DNA of 64,000 nucleotides from an uncultured virus (IMG/VR IMGVR_UViG_3300042467_002204). Lineage: Duplodnaviria; Heunggongvirae; Uroviricota; Caudoviricetes. Positions 55,859-64,000 of the stretch are shown here, piece by piece. The position numbers and the translations under genes are program-made. The notes under the pieces were generated by a model, which saw nothing but the letters and a program-made list of their open reading frames with translations, was not told the DNA's origin and made no database searches. The first letter of the stretch is position 1. Each line of letters begins with the position of its first letter. The DNA is taken from the IMG/VR virus record IMGVR_UViG_3300042467_002204, one strand, 5' to 3'.

Positions 55859-56212
55859 ATGAGACTCATTGAACGCAAGATGATCGCTGCTATCTATGAA
55901 CGTAAGGATTGGAAGTGTGACAACACGCGTGTTATCTGCACGCAGTTTGTACACTCTGATCACATCATTGATCGCGTGTCTGTTATTCTCCACGGCTCAA
56001 CAATCGCAATCATCACACCGACAGACGTAGATGTATCCGACTGCGGATACCAAACACCCACAACAAAGTCCAGACTAAATGCAATCTTGCGCGAGTTCTG
56101 TGGCGCTGGTATTTATCAGAAGAACCATAAGTGGTTCGCATGTGCTGAGGGTGAGAAAGATTGGGAGGTACGTAAAGGATCGCGGCAGTTGTTTTATAGG
56201 GGGGAAGGATAA
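55859..56212 (+). CDS. conserved cyanophage-type early protein
   Basis: MR.IE..M..AI....W...NT.V..LHG..IA...TTKSRLNAIL. Confidence 0.7.
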   Translation: MRLIERKMIAAIYERKDWKCDNTRVICTQFVHSDHIIDRVSVILHGSTIAIITPTDVDVSDCGYQTPTTKSRLNAILREFCGAGIYQKNHKWFACAEGEKDWEVRKGSRQLFYRGEG

Positions 56213-56361
56213 AGCTCTATCATCAATCCTCCCTCGCTTCGCTCAGTCCGGGCCGCCGCATTATTTCACTTTATCAACACAGGATGGATCATTAAAGAGC
56301 ATCCCGATTCTCCCATGCAGGAGAAGAAACCTACATTCACCTGACACAACATCGTGGAATT

Positions 56362-56538
56362 ATGGAGTATTTACTGACACTAGAGCCGCACGAAGCAGGT
56401 TTAATCGCATTTATTTTGAACAGTGAACTGAATCGCATCGAACTTGAAACACCTTGTGAACTCAGAGAGCCCGACTCTTATGAACACAGAGTGAAAGATC
56501 TTCACAGAAAGATTATGAAACTCACCCCAAACATTTAA
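56362..56538 (+). CDS. small hypothetical protein, 58 aa
   Basis: Hand-translated MEYLLTLEPHEAGLIAFILNSEL... Confidence 0.55.
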   Translation: MEYLLTLEPHEAGLIAFILNSELNRIELETPCELREPDSYEHRVKDLHRKIMKLTPNI

Positions 56539-56552
56539 CTTCTGCAATCATC

Positions 56553-56735
56553 ATGACTTATCACATCGTACACTTCAAAATAGGCGATTTGGAATCTTTA
56601 GAATCCTTTGATACCTACACAGAAGCCGACTTAGCTTACGATTCTTACTGCGACAAACACCCTAATGCGTGGCTTGAAATCTTCTCCCACGCTGAATACA
56701 TCGAGTTTCGCGATTCGCAGCAAGCACGCCAATGA
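56553..56735 (+). CDS. early hypothetical protein
   Basis: 60 aa, ATG after TGCAATCATC. Confidence 0.6.
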   Translation: MTYHIVHFKIGDLESLESFDTYTEADLAYDSYCDKHPNAWLEIFSHAEYIEFRDSQQARQ

Positions 56736-56956
56736 AAACTCTTTATAGATCTGGCGACACGCTAATCGAGTATGAACCGCTCAATTTTCTAGGCAACCTT
56801 GAGTGGTTCAACATTGCTAGATGTGCCAGAGAAAGGATGACGGAAGCTACACAGAAGGGCGACTTTACTATGTGGCGAAGACATCGTAAAACATTTTATG
56901 TCGCTCTAAATAGGATGATACTGTATCCAACAAACCTTATACTATGTGACGGATGA
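56732..56956 (+). CDS. early hypothetical protein
   Basis: 74 aa, ATGA coupling. Confidence 0.6.
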   Translation: MKTLYRSGDTLIEYEPLNFLGNLEWFNIARCARERMTEATQKGDFTMWRRHRKTFYVALNRMILYPTNLILCDG

Positions 56957-57132
56957 ACAACCGCTCAGGTTATGCCGTATGGTTAGACAATCGGTTTGAT
57001 TGTTTCGCCTTTACTTTTCAGAGTGCATACAAACGTCGGGAGCAATTACTCCGAAAAGGTAAAGATCCTAAGCGTTGTTTCATAACACGAGACGACATCA
57101 ATTCTAAGTATCTTCGACTTGTACCTAAGTAA
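56953..57132 (+). CDS. small hypothetical protein, 59 aa
   Basis: Hand-translated MNNRSGYAVWLDNRFDCFAFTFQ...; ATGA coupling. Confidence 0.55.
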   Translation: MNNRSGYAVWLDNRFDCFAFTFQSAYKRREQLLRKGKDPKRCFITRDDINSKYLRLVPK

Positions 57133-57147
57133 CTTGTACACACAACA

Positions 57148-57333
57148 ACTTAAGTTTCAAATTCGTACATACCATAAAGTACGCCCGCAAAGAAGCAGTA
57201 CATAAACCAATGTGTCAGGTCAATAGGAAGATCAATCATGGGTAGGAATAAATGCCTACCAATTCAATCTGCCTTGACTCTCACTTTGGTACATGTATCT
57301 TGGGCGACCATGTGAGGCGATCAAAACTTAAGT
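57148..57333 (+). ncRNA. candidate structured RNA, about 185 nt (strand inferred)
   Basis: Closing stem ACTTAAGTTT/AAACTTAAGT, inner CGCCC/GGGCG and a long imperfect rod capped by GGTAGG/CCTACC. Confidence 0.45.
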
Positions 57334-57402
57334 ATGTTTCAGCTTTTACCCGGTTCCCCGCACCGTGGGTATGATTAAACGCCAACCATCTTATGTTGCA
57401 CC

Positions 57403-57588
57403 ATGGCTGAGTTCCGTATCTATTTTTCTGTCACCGATTCCGGTTACATCACATGCCCAACTGAAGCAGAAGCAAATGCAGCTTACAAATTGCTGACAAC
57501 GACTAACTGCACAGTTGAAGAGTTAGGTCACATTGTCGAATGGAATGATTCTGAGTTTGTTGCAGATGAACCTGCACGTTATAACTGA
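57403..57588 (+). CDS. hypothetical protein
   Basis: 61 aa ORF, TATGAT upstream. Confidence 0.6.
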   Translation: MAEFRIYFSVTDSGYITCPTEAEANAAYKLLTTTNCTVEELGHIVEWNDSEFVADEPARYN

Positions 57589-57599
57589 AGTACACACTA

Positions 57600-57836
57600 A
57601 TGAAGTACAAAGTAGTCTCAGTCTCGTTCGACATCGAACCTGTTGATTTAACAGAACAAGAAGTATCCCTTGTGCACTCACAGATTTGTGATGAAGTGCG
57701 CAGTAAAGATTGGGACGCTAAAGATCCTGAGGATCTCTGTTCACAAATAGCGAATACTTTTAAGTATCCGTTGTCTTCTATTATCTTTGCTCCTTCACTT
57801 GCTGATGAAACCTACAACTTTTATCAAGACGGCTGA
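57600..57836 (+). CDS. hypothetical protein
   Basis: 78 aa acidic ORF. Confidence 0.6.
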   Translation: MKYKVVSVSFDIEPVDLTEQEVSLVHSQICDEVRSKDWDAKDPEDLCSQIANTFKYPLSSIIFAPSLADETYNFYQDG

Positions 57837-58011
57837 ACTCGTCGAACTAAAACCTAAGAAGTATTTACTTTGTGTGGAAGAAAGTAACGCCTACATTGAA
57901 CGAAACTCTTTTAATTCCACGGGGGCTGCGTACGCTTTTGCGCTTACACGTTATTCACTTCCTAAGCATCTGATTAACTTTTATCCTCTGGAGGATTATG
58001 AATCATTCTGA
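57805..58011 (+). CDS. hypothetical protein
   Basis: Likely ATG at 57805 within the track ORF. Confidence 0.5.
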   Translation: MKPTTFIKTAELVELKPKKYLLCVEESNAYIERNSFNSTGAAYAFALTRYSLPKHLINFYPLEDYESF

Positions 58012-58300
58012 TGAAATTGAGGTAAAGCCTGAAATGCAAGGCTTTACATTATCTTTTTCTCAAGCTTACCAGCTCTTCGATTTCGACAACATCGACAAAG
58101 CGTTAGATCGTGGGGACATGGAGGAAGCCTACAACATAATGCTGGAAGATGTAGATGAAGTAAGACGTATGTTGGTGAACCTTAAGTTCAACAAGTTTGA
58201 AATACGCAGTGTGGATGCTAACGGGATTGTGTTCTATGGAGAGTCTTTAGAAAAACTTACAGACTTTAATGATCTTTGCTGGTCCGTTACTGAACTCTAA
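57998..58300 (+). CDS. hypothetical acidic protein
   Basis: 100 aa, GGAGG RBS. Confidence 0.65.
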   Translation: MNHSDEIEVKPEMQGFTLSFSQAYQLFDFDNIDKALDRGDMEEAYNIMLEDVDEVRRMLVNLKFNKFEIRSVDANGIVFYGESLEKLTDFNDLCWSVTEL

Positions 58301-58302
58301 AC

Positions 58303-58554
58303 ATGATCAAACCTTCTTCTTTCGGTTTCAACAGAGGACACCTAATCGGATTTAGTTTGGCGTTCTTTATGTGGGTTGTTTTTTGCTTGATTCAAGCACA
58401 AATGAACAGCCTTGTTAAAGACAGCTGCCCAGAGAAGACGCACAGACTAGAAACCCTGAAAGGTACAGTCCCAGATCAATACATTTGTGTGCGCAAACCA
58501 ATTAACCCTAAGCACACGCTGAACATTATGCGTAAGAACAGTACGGAAGTTTAA
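58303..58554 (+). CDS. putative membrane protein
   Basis: One hydrophobic helix LIGFSLAFFMWVVFCLI. Confidence 0.55.
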   Translation: MIKPSSFGFNRGHLIGFSLAFFMWVVFCLIQAQMNSLVKDSCPEKTHRLETLKGTVPDQYICVRKPINPKHTLNIMRKNSTEV

Positions 58555-58670
58555 GCGATAGCTCCCTTCTTTTCTTTTAACTCTCGAATCAGAGCTGCCT
58601 TACTGGCTTTCTGAGAATTGATGATAGAGAGCTTGAGTGAAGCCCAGGAAATAAGGAATGGTTTTTTCAT
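58551..58670 (-). CDS. small basic protein, 39 aa
   Basis: Hand-translated MKKPFLISWASLKLSIINSQKASK...; TGcTACAGT at 58695-58703 on -. Confidence 0.4.
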   Translation of the reverse strand: MKKPFLISWASLKLSIINSQKASKAALIRELKEKKGAIA

Positions 58671-58749
58671 AATCGCAACTTTGTATCTATTGATACTGTA
58701 GCAACGTATGGTTTTTACTGTTGTTCACTGAGATACATAAAGACGACGA

Positions 58750-58773
58750 AAAACGAAATTTACGTTAAGTAAA
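58750..58773. repeat. distant copy of the 11.2-kb inverted-repeat motif
   Basis: AAAACGAAATTTACGTTAAGTAAA, 23/24 match to the reverse complement of 11214-11237. Confidence 0.8.
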
Positions 58774-59100
58774 AGCAGAAACTAAAGGAAAGTAATTATG
58801 TATTGTATTTTCGGCCGAGCTATCGCGTTATGTCAAATAATGTAATTGTTACAACTAAGTAACCATGATGATAAGTTTAGTGTTGTCTGATAAACTTTTG
58901 ACGTTGCACTTTTCCGATGCACCCTTCAAAGACCAAGACTCAGCACGAATTTGACGTTTTCGTGAAAAAGCCCAAGATCGGATGGAGATTCGACAGCAGG
59001 GTTCAAGCAGATTCGCTGGAAAAAGCGAAAATAAAGTTCTTAGAAGAAAATCCATACGTTCCTAATAACTATGTGACCGTCTACCCCCGACGCTAAGGGG

Positions 59101-59129
59101 TTGACGGATGCACCCGTTTTCAGTACGAT
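59101..59129 (+). promoter_or_regulatory. sigma70-type promoter of the AAA/VWA operon
   Basis: TTGACG-17nt-TACGAT embedded in two inverted repeats. Confidence 0.7.
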
Positions 59130-59191
59130 ACAGACCATGGGTGGCACCGACCCTTAACGGGGTGCACCAACATCACATCCACTTCAAAACC

Positions 59192-59614
59192 ATGATCCGC
59201 ACAACTGACTTGGTAAGTCTCGGCGCCACGGCTGCTGAAGCTTACGATGAATGCGACACTGCTCAAACCGAACTGAACGCTTCCTTTGGCGTTACGTTCG
59301 AAGCAGCTAAAGACAACCTCCTGCGTGACTTCAAACTCGCAGAGTCTGAGGGTATGGATCTGAGCTGCTTTCAGGGTTCCGACAGCCGCTTTAAGTACAA
59401 CCAGTTCAATACGAACATCGTTGTTCGCGTCACCAGAATCCCCACGCCTCATTCCAAACTGGAGAAGCTTGCTGCTCGGGTTGAGAAGCTGGAAGCAGAG
59501 CTGAAGATTGCAAAGATGCAGCTCAAGCACACGGCTGAACAGCTCGTGGCCAGTGGAGACTGCGACGAACTGACCGATAAGGTTTCGCTCGCCTTCACGC
59601 GACTTAAGCGTTGA
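59192..59614 (+). CDS. hypothetical coiled-coil protein
   Basis: Likely start MIRTTDL downstream of the promoter. Confidence 0.7.
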   Translation: MIRTTDLVSLGATAAEAYDECDTAQTELNASFGVTFEAAKDNLLRDFKLAESEGMDLSCFQGSDSRFKYNQFNTNIVVRVTRIPTPHSKLEKLAARVEKLEAELKIAKMQLKHTAEQLVASGDCDELTDKVSLAFTRLKR

Positions 59615-59735
59615 TTGTAAAGACTGTTACAGATAAGATCTTCAAAACAGTATAAACCGCATAAGATTCTACAAATCGTGTAGGATCTTCATGCGGTCAC
59701 ACACCGCTCCTGTACTTCATTTCACTTTTACTGCT

Positions 59736-60941
59736 ATGCTTTCTCACTACCTTCTTTCCTGCTCCATCTCTGCTGATGTTCGGCAGAGTGTTCAGATCAA
59801 GTTCGACGATCTGAAGCTTCCTAAAAGTGTGATCGACACTCTTGAAGAAGCAAACACTGTGAGCATTCGCCCCAACCTTTCAAATGCTCTCAAGAAAGAA
59901 CTGGATCAACTTCGCATCCGTCAGCGTGAACTTTATGACGGCTATTGCATTCATTACGGCGATTCTCATTTTGTCACTAGCAGTTATTTTTATGACGCTA
60001 ACGAATTGATTAAAGAGATCCGTAAAGAAGCTGAACAAGCAAACCTCCGAATGAAGGAGGTTTGGGAAGACGAGTTCGACCGCTGGCAAAAGACAACCGA
60101 AAGCATTCTGCGTCCTCTGTTTGTGGACGATGTGGAATACAAAATGGCGTTCGAAGCATACATGAGGTTCTTTCCAACTAAGGAAGAGTACAAGAAACCA
60201 ATTCGCGTAAGCGTTCTTGGTCCGCTGCCCGTAACTCTAGAGAAAGTGAGTAAGCCAATCGAAGAAGATGTGGATGCTCTAATCGCTTACGAGAACAGCG
60301 TCAACACACAACAAGTTCTTCAAGCAGCCAAACAAAACGCAGCTGATCGCGCACTTAATCTCGGCGCACAACTTCTTGATGATCTTGATGCCAGACACGT
60401 TAGCAAGATCGGTAAGCAGCAAACAGGTTCACCTAAAAAGCGTGGATCCTGGCAAATTACTGCTGAACGACTGCAACTGATCAGTAACTCTGTTCCTGGT
60501 TTTGAAGTTCTTACCCGGCTCACCGAAAATCTTTTGGACATCGGTAACAGACTACAAGCAAAGGACTTCAATGTTCGTAACGAAGCTTCGACAGATCTTG
60601 TCGCCACGCAAGATGAAATTCGTAAGGAGTTAGCAGAGATCTGCTCTTCACGCGATTCCTCACAGGGATTGGAAAAGCTCAAGCAATCACTTGCGCTTTC
60701 AACTTCGTACAAGACTTTGTGCGAAAAGATTAAATCAGCAGAAAATTCCAACGCACTGAATTTGCTTATGCGCGATGTAAACCTTGAGGTTGACATCTAT
60801 GAGCAACGTTCGAAACAACTTAAGAAACTCATTGCTCAACGTAAAGAACTTATTGAAGATGCCTCCGACAACATCGATCAACTGATCAGTGAAGTCAAAG
60901 AAACGGATGCAACAACCGACGACCTTGAAACGGATTTCTGA
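59736..60941 (+). CDS. helical protein, possibly DUF3150-like
   Basis: Likely start MLSHYLL; coiled-coil; upstream of the AAA-VWA pair; family call tentative. Confidence 0.6.
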   Translation: MLSHYLLSCSISADVRQSVQIKFDDLKLPKSVIDTLEEANTVSIRPNLSNALKKELDQLRIRQRELYDGYCIHYGDSHFVTSSYFYDANELIKEIRKEAEQANLRMKEVWEDEFDRWQKTTESILRPLFVDDVEYKMAFEAYMRFFPTKEEYKKPIRVSVLGPLPVTLEKVSKPIEEDVDALIAYENSVNTQQVLQAAKQNAADRALNLGAQLLDDLDARHVSKIGKQQTGSPKKRGSWQITAERLQLISNSVPGFEVLTRLTENLLDIGNRLQAKDFNVRNEASTDLVATQDEIRKELAEICSSRDSSQGLEKLKQSLALSTSYKTLCEKIKSAENSNALNLLMRDVNLEVDIYEQRSKQLKKLIAQRKELIEDASDNIDQLISEVKETDATTDDLETDF

Positions 60942-61153
60942 TGAAAAAATCAATTTATGTCATTCAATCGGACAAAGGTTTCCTTTGCGACGTTGAAAAA
61001 TACACAAACGACATTCACAAAGCTGCTGTATTTGTAGATTACGATGTAGCAGTTAAGAAGCTATGTGCAGTTAGTGGTGTACTAACTACCGAATGTACAG
61101 TAACAACCTCGGCTATCGACTTTCCGCGACTCTATCCAATTTCAAAACAATGA
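60941..61153 (+). CDS. hypothetical protein
   Basis: 70 aa coupled ORF. Confidence 0.6.
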   Translation: MKKSIYVIQSDKGFLCDVEKYTNDIHKAAVFVDYDVAVKKLCAVSGVLTTECTVTTSAIDFPRLYPISKQ

Positions 61154-62340
61154 ACGAAACTCTCTTTATCAAGCTGCAAAACTTCCGATCCGCTCTCAAT
61201 AACTCGGCCCTTGAACGTGAGGAAATTGTTGACGGACTTCTGGCAACTTTGCTAAGCAAACAAAACGCATTCCTTTTGGGAGAACCAGGAACAGGTAAAT
61301 CAGATCTTGTCCGAACATTGTGTTCTGGTATTGAAGGGGCTAACTACTTTGGTTATCTCCTTACTCCCACGACGGATCCATCTGAAGTGTTCGGTCCTGT
61401 AGCAGTAACCAAACTGCTGCAGGATGAATACACAAGGGATGTGGACGGTTATCTTCCTTCTGCGCACATCGCATTTTTGGATGAACTCTTCCGTGGGTCA
61501 TCAGCGATTCTGAATTCGTTGCTGACTCTGCTTAATGAGCGGACGTTTAACAACGGAAAGCAAAACATTAAAACTCCGATTCAATCGATCATTGCTGCTA
61601 CGAACACATGGGCAGATGAAGAATCTCTGCAGGCATTTGCCGACAGATTTTTGTTTCGACCGACGGTTCGCAAACTACGTAAGCCTGCTTCAAAAGCTCT
61701 GCTTGATCAGTGGGCAGCTGGCATTCAAGAAAGACCAGAGGTAGCTTGCTTCTTAAGTTTGGATGAGCTAGCCGAGCTTCAGGCAGCTGCAGCAAACATA
61801 AATATCTCAGAAGATTTTCTTTCAAAATTCAGTAGTGTGTGGGAAATGCTCGAACAGCGAAGCATCAGCATCTCAGATCGTCGACGCGTACAAATTCTTA
61901 AGTTCCTTAAAGCTTGGGCGATTGTACAGGGCGACGATGAACTAAGCCCAGAACATATGCACAACTCAGTGATTCACATCGTGTATCAATCTGAGGAAGA
62001 CAAAGACGTTATTAAAGCAGTTCTGGAGCAGGAGATTCCCACGGCTGAGCGTGTACTGAACGATGCACGGAGAGCAGCGACAGGAATCATGGCTGAGTAC
62101 AGCGCTGTGCACGCCAGACATCAAGCCAGGGGTTTGGGCGATCTGAATGACATGGTTATCCAGCTTCGTAAGTTTCACAAAGATATGTCTACAGTTCACG
62201 AGAAAGTGAACGAGGTTTTAGACGGAAACAAATTTAAAATGTCAGTAACCGTTCGAGCGAACGGAGTCAAACTTACACGACAACTTCAAACTCACTGCGA
62301 AACCCTGGCTAAATCAATCAACGACCTTACAACATCATGA
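61150..62340 (+). CDS. MoxR/RavA-family AAA+ ATPase
   Basis: GEPGTGKS, T.P.EVFGP, FLDELFR.SSAILNSLLT.LNER, AATN, DRF, SDRR. Confidence 0.9.
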   Translation: MNETLFIKLQNFRSALNNSALEREEIVDGLLATLLSKQNAFLLGEPGTGKSDLVRTLCSGIEGANYFGYLLTPTTDPSEVFGPVAVTKLLQDEYTRDVDGYLPSAHIAFLDELFRGSSAILNSLLTLLNERTFNNGKQNIKTPIQSIIAATNTWADEESLQAFADRFLFRPTVRKLRKPASKALLDQWAAGIQERPEVACFLSLDELAELQAAAANINISEDFLSKFSSVWEMLEQRSISISDRRRVQILKFLKAWAIVQGDDELSPEHMHNSVIHIVYQSEEDKDVIKAVLEQEIPTAERVLNDARRAATGIMAEYSAVHARHQARGLGDLNDMVIQLRKFHKDMSTVHEKVNEVLDGNKFKMSVTVRANGVKLTRQLQTHCETLAKSINDLTTS

Positions 62341-63893
62341 ACTTCTCTCTCGAAACTAAAACCGAACTGATCCACCTTGTAGACAATGCCCCTCTTACTC
62401 TGGCGTGCTCAGCTCTTGCTGATTTTCTCTGGGATGATTTTGTTCGTGAAGCTCGTCCATCAGTAAAGTATCTCATCGAGAAATACAACATTAAACAGCT
62501 TTCACGTTTCGGGAAAGAACTATTTGAGCGCTTGTATAACGCAGACAGTGTTAAATGGTTAGTATCTGAAGAAGACTACGAGAACTATTACAGGAAAGTA
62601 TGTAACGGAGAAAAAACAGATCTGCCTGAGGGATACAAACCTGAGAATGGTTTCTGGTGGGCGATTATGTCTGAGCTCAGCCAAGCTGCAGCGTGGGGAG
62701 AACTTCTTAAAAGAAGTTATGGTTCTCAATTCAACGCAGGTAACAACGCAATCAATATCCTTAACGAGCTGTCTGAATACATTGAACAGCTTATTGAATC
62801 TCAATCAGTTGACATCGAACTGTTAACTCAAAGCGGTGAAGAACTAGAAAAACTCAGGCAAAAATTCAAAGACGCGATTAAAGCTGGAGATAAAGCCACA
62901 GCGGCAAAAGCTAGGCAGGATGGCAAGGAGTTAAATCAAAAACTGACTGAAGAAATTCAAAAGGCTCAGCAGTTGGTACAGGCACAAGTAGATAACGTTG
63001 TTGACGGTGCAGTAAAAAGCAATGACGAGATGTCTGAGAACATGAGCAATATGTATGGAGATAACGAAGGCTCGCTTTCGGAAACAACAGATTTAAACGA
63101 GAAGAAAGCTTTAGCTAAAAAGCTGGAGCAAAGTAAGCACTTAAGGGAAATCGCTAAGAAGTTGGGTGCGTTGAAACGCGCTTGGATAATGAGGAAGCGA
63201 CAGAAAAAAATTACAGCATCATACGAATCAATTACTGGAGCTCGTTATGGAAACGATTTAACGAAAGCTTTTCCTAGCGAGATTGCACTAGCGAATACGC
63301 CAGAAGGCAAAGCTCTTTTTGCTCTTAAATACTCGCAAAAGACACTGTTTATTAAGGACTACACCGCCACGGCAAAAGATCTAGCGAAAGGACCTGTGGT
63401 TATGTATGTCGACGTGTCGGGTTCGATGCTGGGAGAATCAGAGCTCTGGAGTAAAGCCGTTATGTTTGTTGTGGCGGAGAAAGCGTTGAAGGAAAAGCGA
63501 AGTGTACACGTTTATTTGTTCGATACAGCTATTAAAAGTGAAACTGTATTGGATTCCGTTAGGAAGAACAACAGTGAACTACTTGATCTAGTGGGACGAA
63601 GAGTCTCCGGCGGAGGTACAGCATTTAATTGTGTCATTTCCCACGCGCTCAACAATGCCGAGCTGGACGATCGTGCTGACATCCTCATGATCACGGATGG
63701 GCATTCAGACGTAAACCCTAAACTACTAAAAAGGTTGGAGGAATTCAAAAACAGTACAGGTACTCAATGGTCCACCATTTGTATTGGAGACTCAATGCCT
63801 TCTGTCTGTAAATCTTTTAGCGACGAAGTGTTCACGGTTGATATCCGCAATCAGAATGAAACGGTCGATGCCCTTTTGAAATGCGTTCGATGA
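62337..63893 (+). CDS. VWA-domain protein (ViaA-like)
   Basis: MIDAS DVSGSM, GGGT.F, ITDG; P.E.ALA motif. Confidence 0.88.
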   Translation: MNFSLETKTELIHLVDNAPLTLACSALADFLWDDFVREARPSVKYLIEKYNIKQLSRFGKELFERLYNADSVKWLVSEEDYENYYRKVCNGEKTDLPEGYKPENGFWWAIMSELSQAAAWGELLKRSYGSQFNAGNNAINILNELSEYIEQLIESQSVDIELLTQSGEELEKLRQKFKDAIKAGDKATAAKARQDGKELNQKLTEEIQKAQQLVQAQVDNVVDGAVKSNDEMSENMSNMYGDNEGSLSETTDLNEKKALAKKLEQSKHLREIAKKLGALKRAWIMRKRQKKITASYESITGARYGNDLTKAFPSEIALANTPEGKALFALKYSQKTLFIKDYTATAKDLAKGPVVMYVDVSGSMLGESELWSKAVMFVVAEKALKEKRSVHVYLFDTAIKSETVLDSVRKNNSELLDLVGRRVSGGGTAFNCVISHALNNAELDDRADILMITDGHSDVNPKLLKRLEEFKNSTGTQWSTICIGDSMPSVCKSFSDEVFTVDIRNQNETVDALLKCVR

Positions 63894-64000
63894 ACGACAC
63901 TAGAAAACTAGGCAACATTTTAAATGAAATTGAACAAGTAAGTAACTCCTATAAAGAAAGAGTTAACAAGGTTGCTGGGATTGCTTCGTTTGACGCGCCT
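63890..64000 (+). CDS. partial ORF running off the window
   Basis: ATGA-coupled MNDTRKLGNILNEIEQ... Confidence 0.5.
   Translation, partial: MNDTRKLGNILNEIEQVSNSYKERVNKVAGIASFDAP

Noticed and set aside
1..64000. Stop-codon reassignment
   Set aside because: Genes end in TAA, TAG and TGA with high coding density under the standard code; no suppressor tRNA was seen.

Overview
This window is part of a tailed dsDNA bacteriophage genome. The host is very probably a cyanobacterium, judged from an NblA-like gene, a cyanobacterial-type boxA and gene content typical of cyanophages. Positions 1-52.7 kb are mostly a minus-strand morphogenesis region. It holds two tandem paralogous tail-fibre modules, a lysozyme fused to a circularly permuted M23 peptidase, and a major capsid gene split by a 1127-nt group I intron whose LAGLIDADG endonuclease gene lies on the antisense strand. 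It also holds the scaffold, portal (overlapping the scaffold gene by 506 nt) and large terminase genes, plus two tRNAs. Glycosyltransferase and methyltransferase genes are interleaved with the head genes. At about 52.9 kb a purine-pyrimidine tract and a sigma70-type promoter mark a switch to a plus-strand early-type region. That region opens with about 630 nt of highly structured non-coding sequence, continues with many small genes, and ends in a MoxR AAA+/VWA operon. The leading hypothesis is a phage-encoded virion O-glycosylation system, because Ser-Gly dipeptides are strongly enriched in many predicted outer-virion proteins but absent from the capsid protein. All product calls come from recognising motifs by eye; no database searches or folding programs were run.
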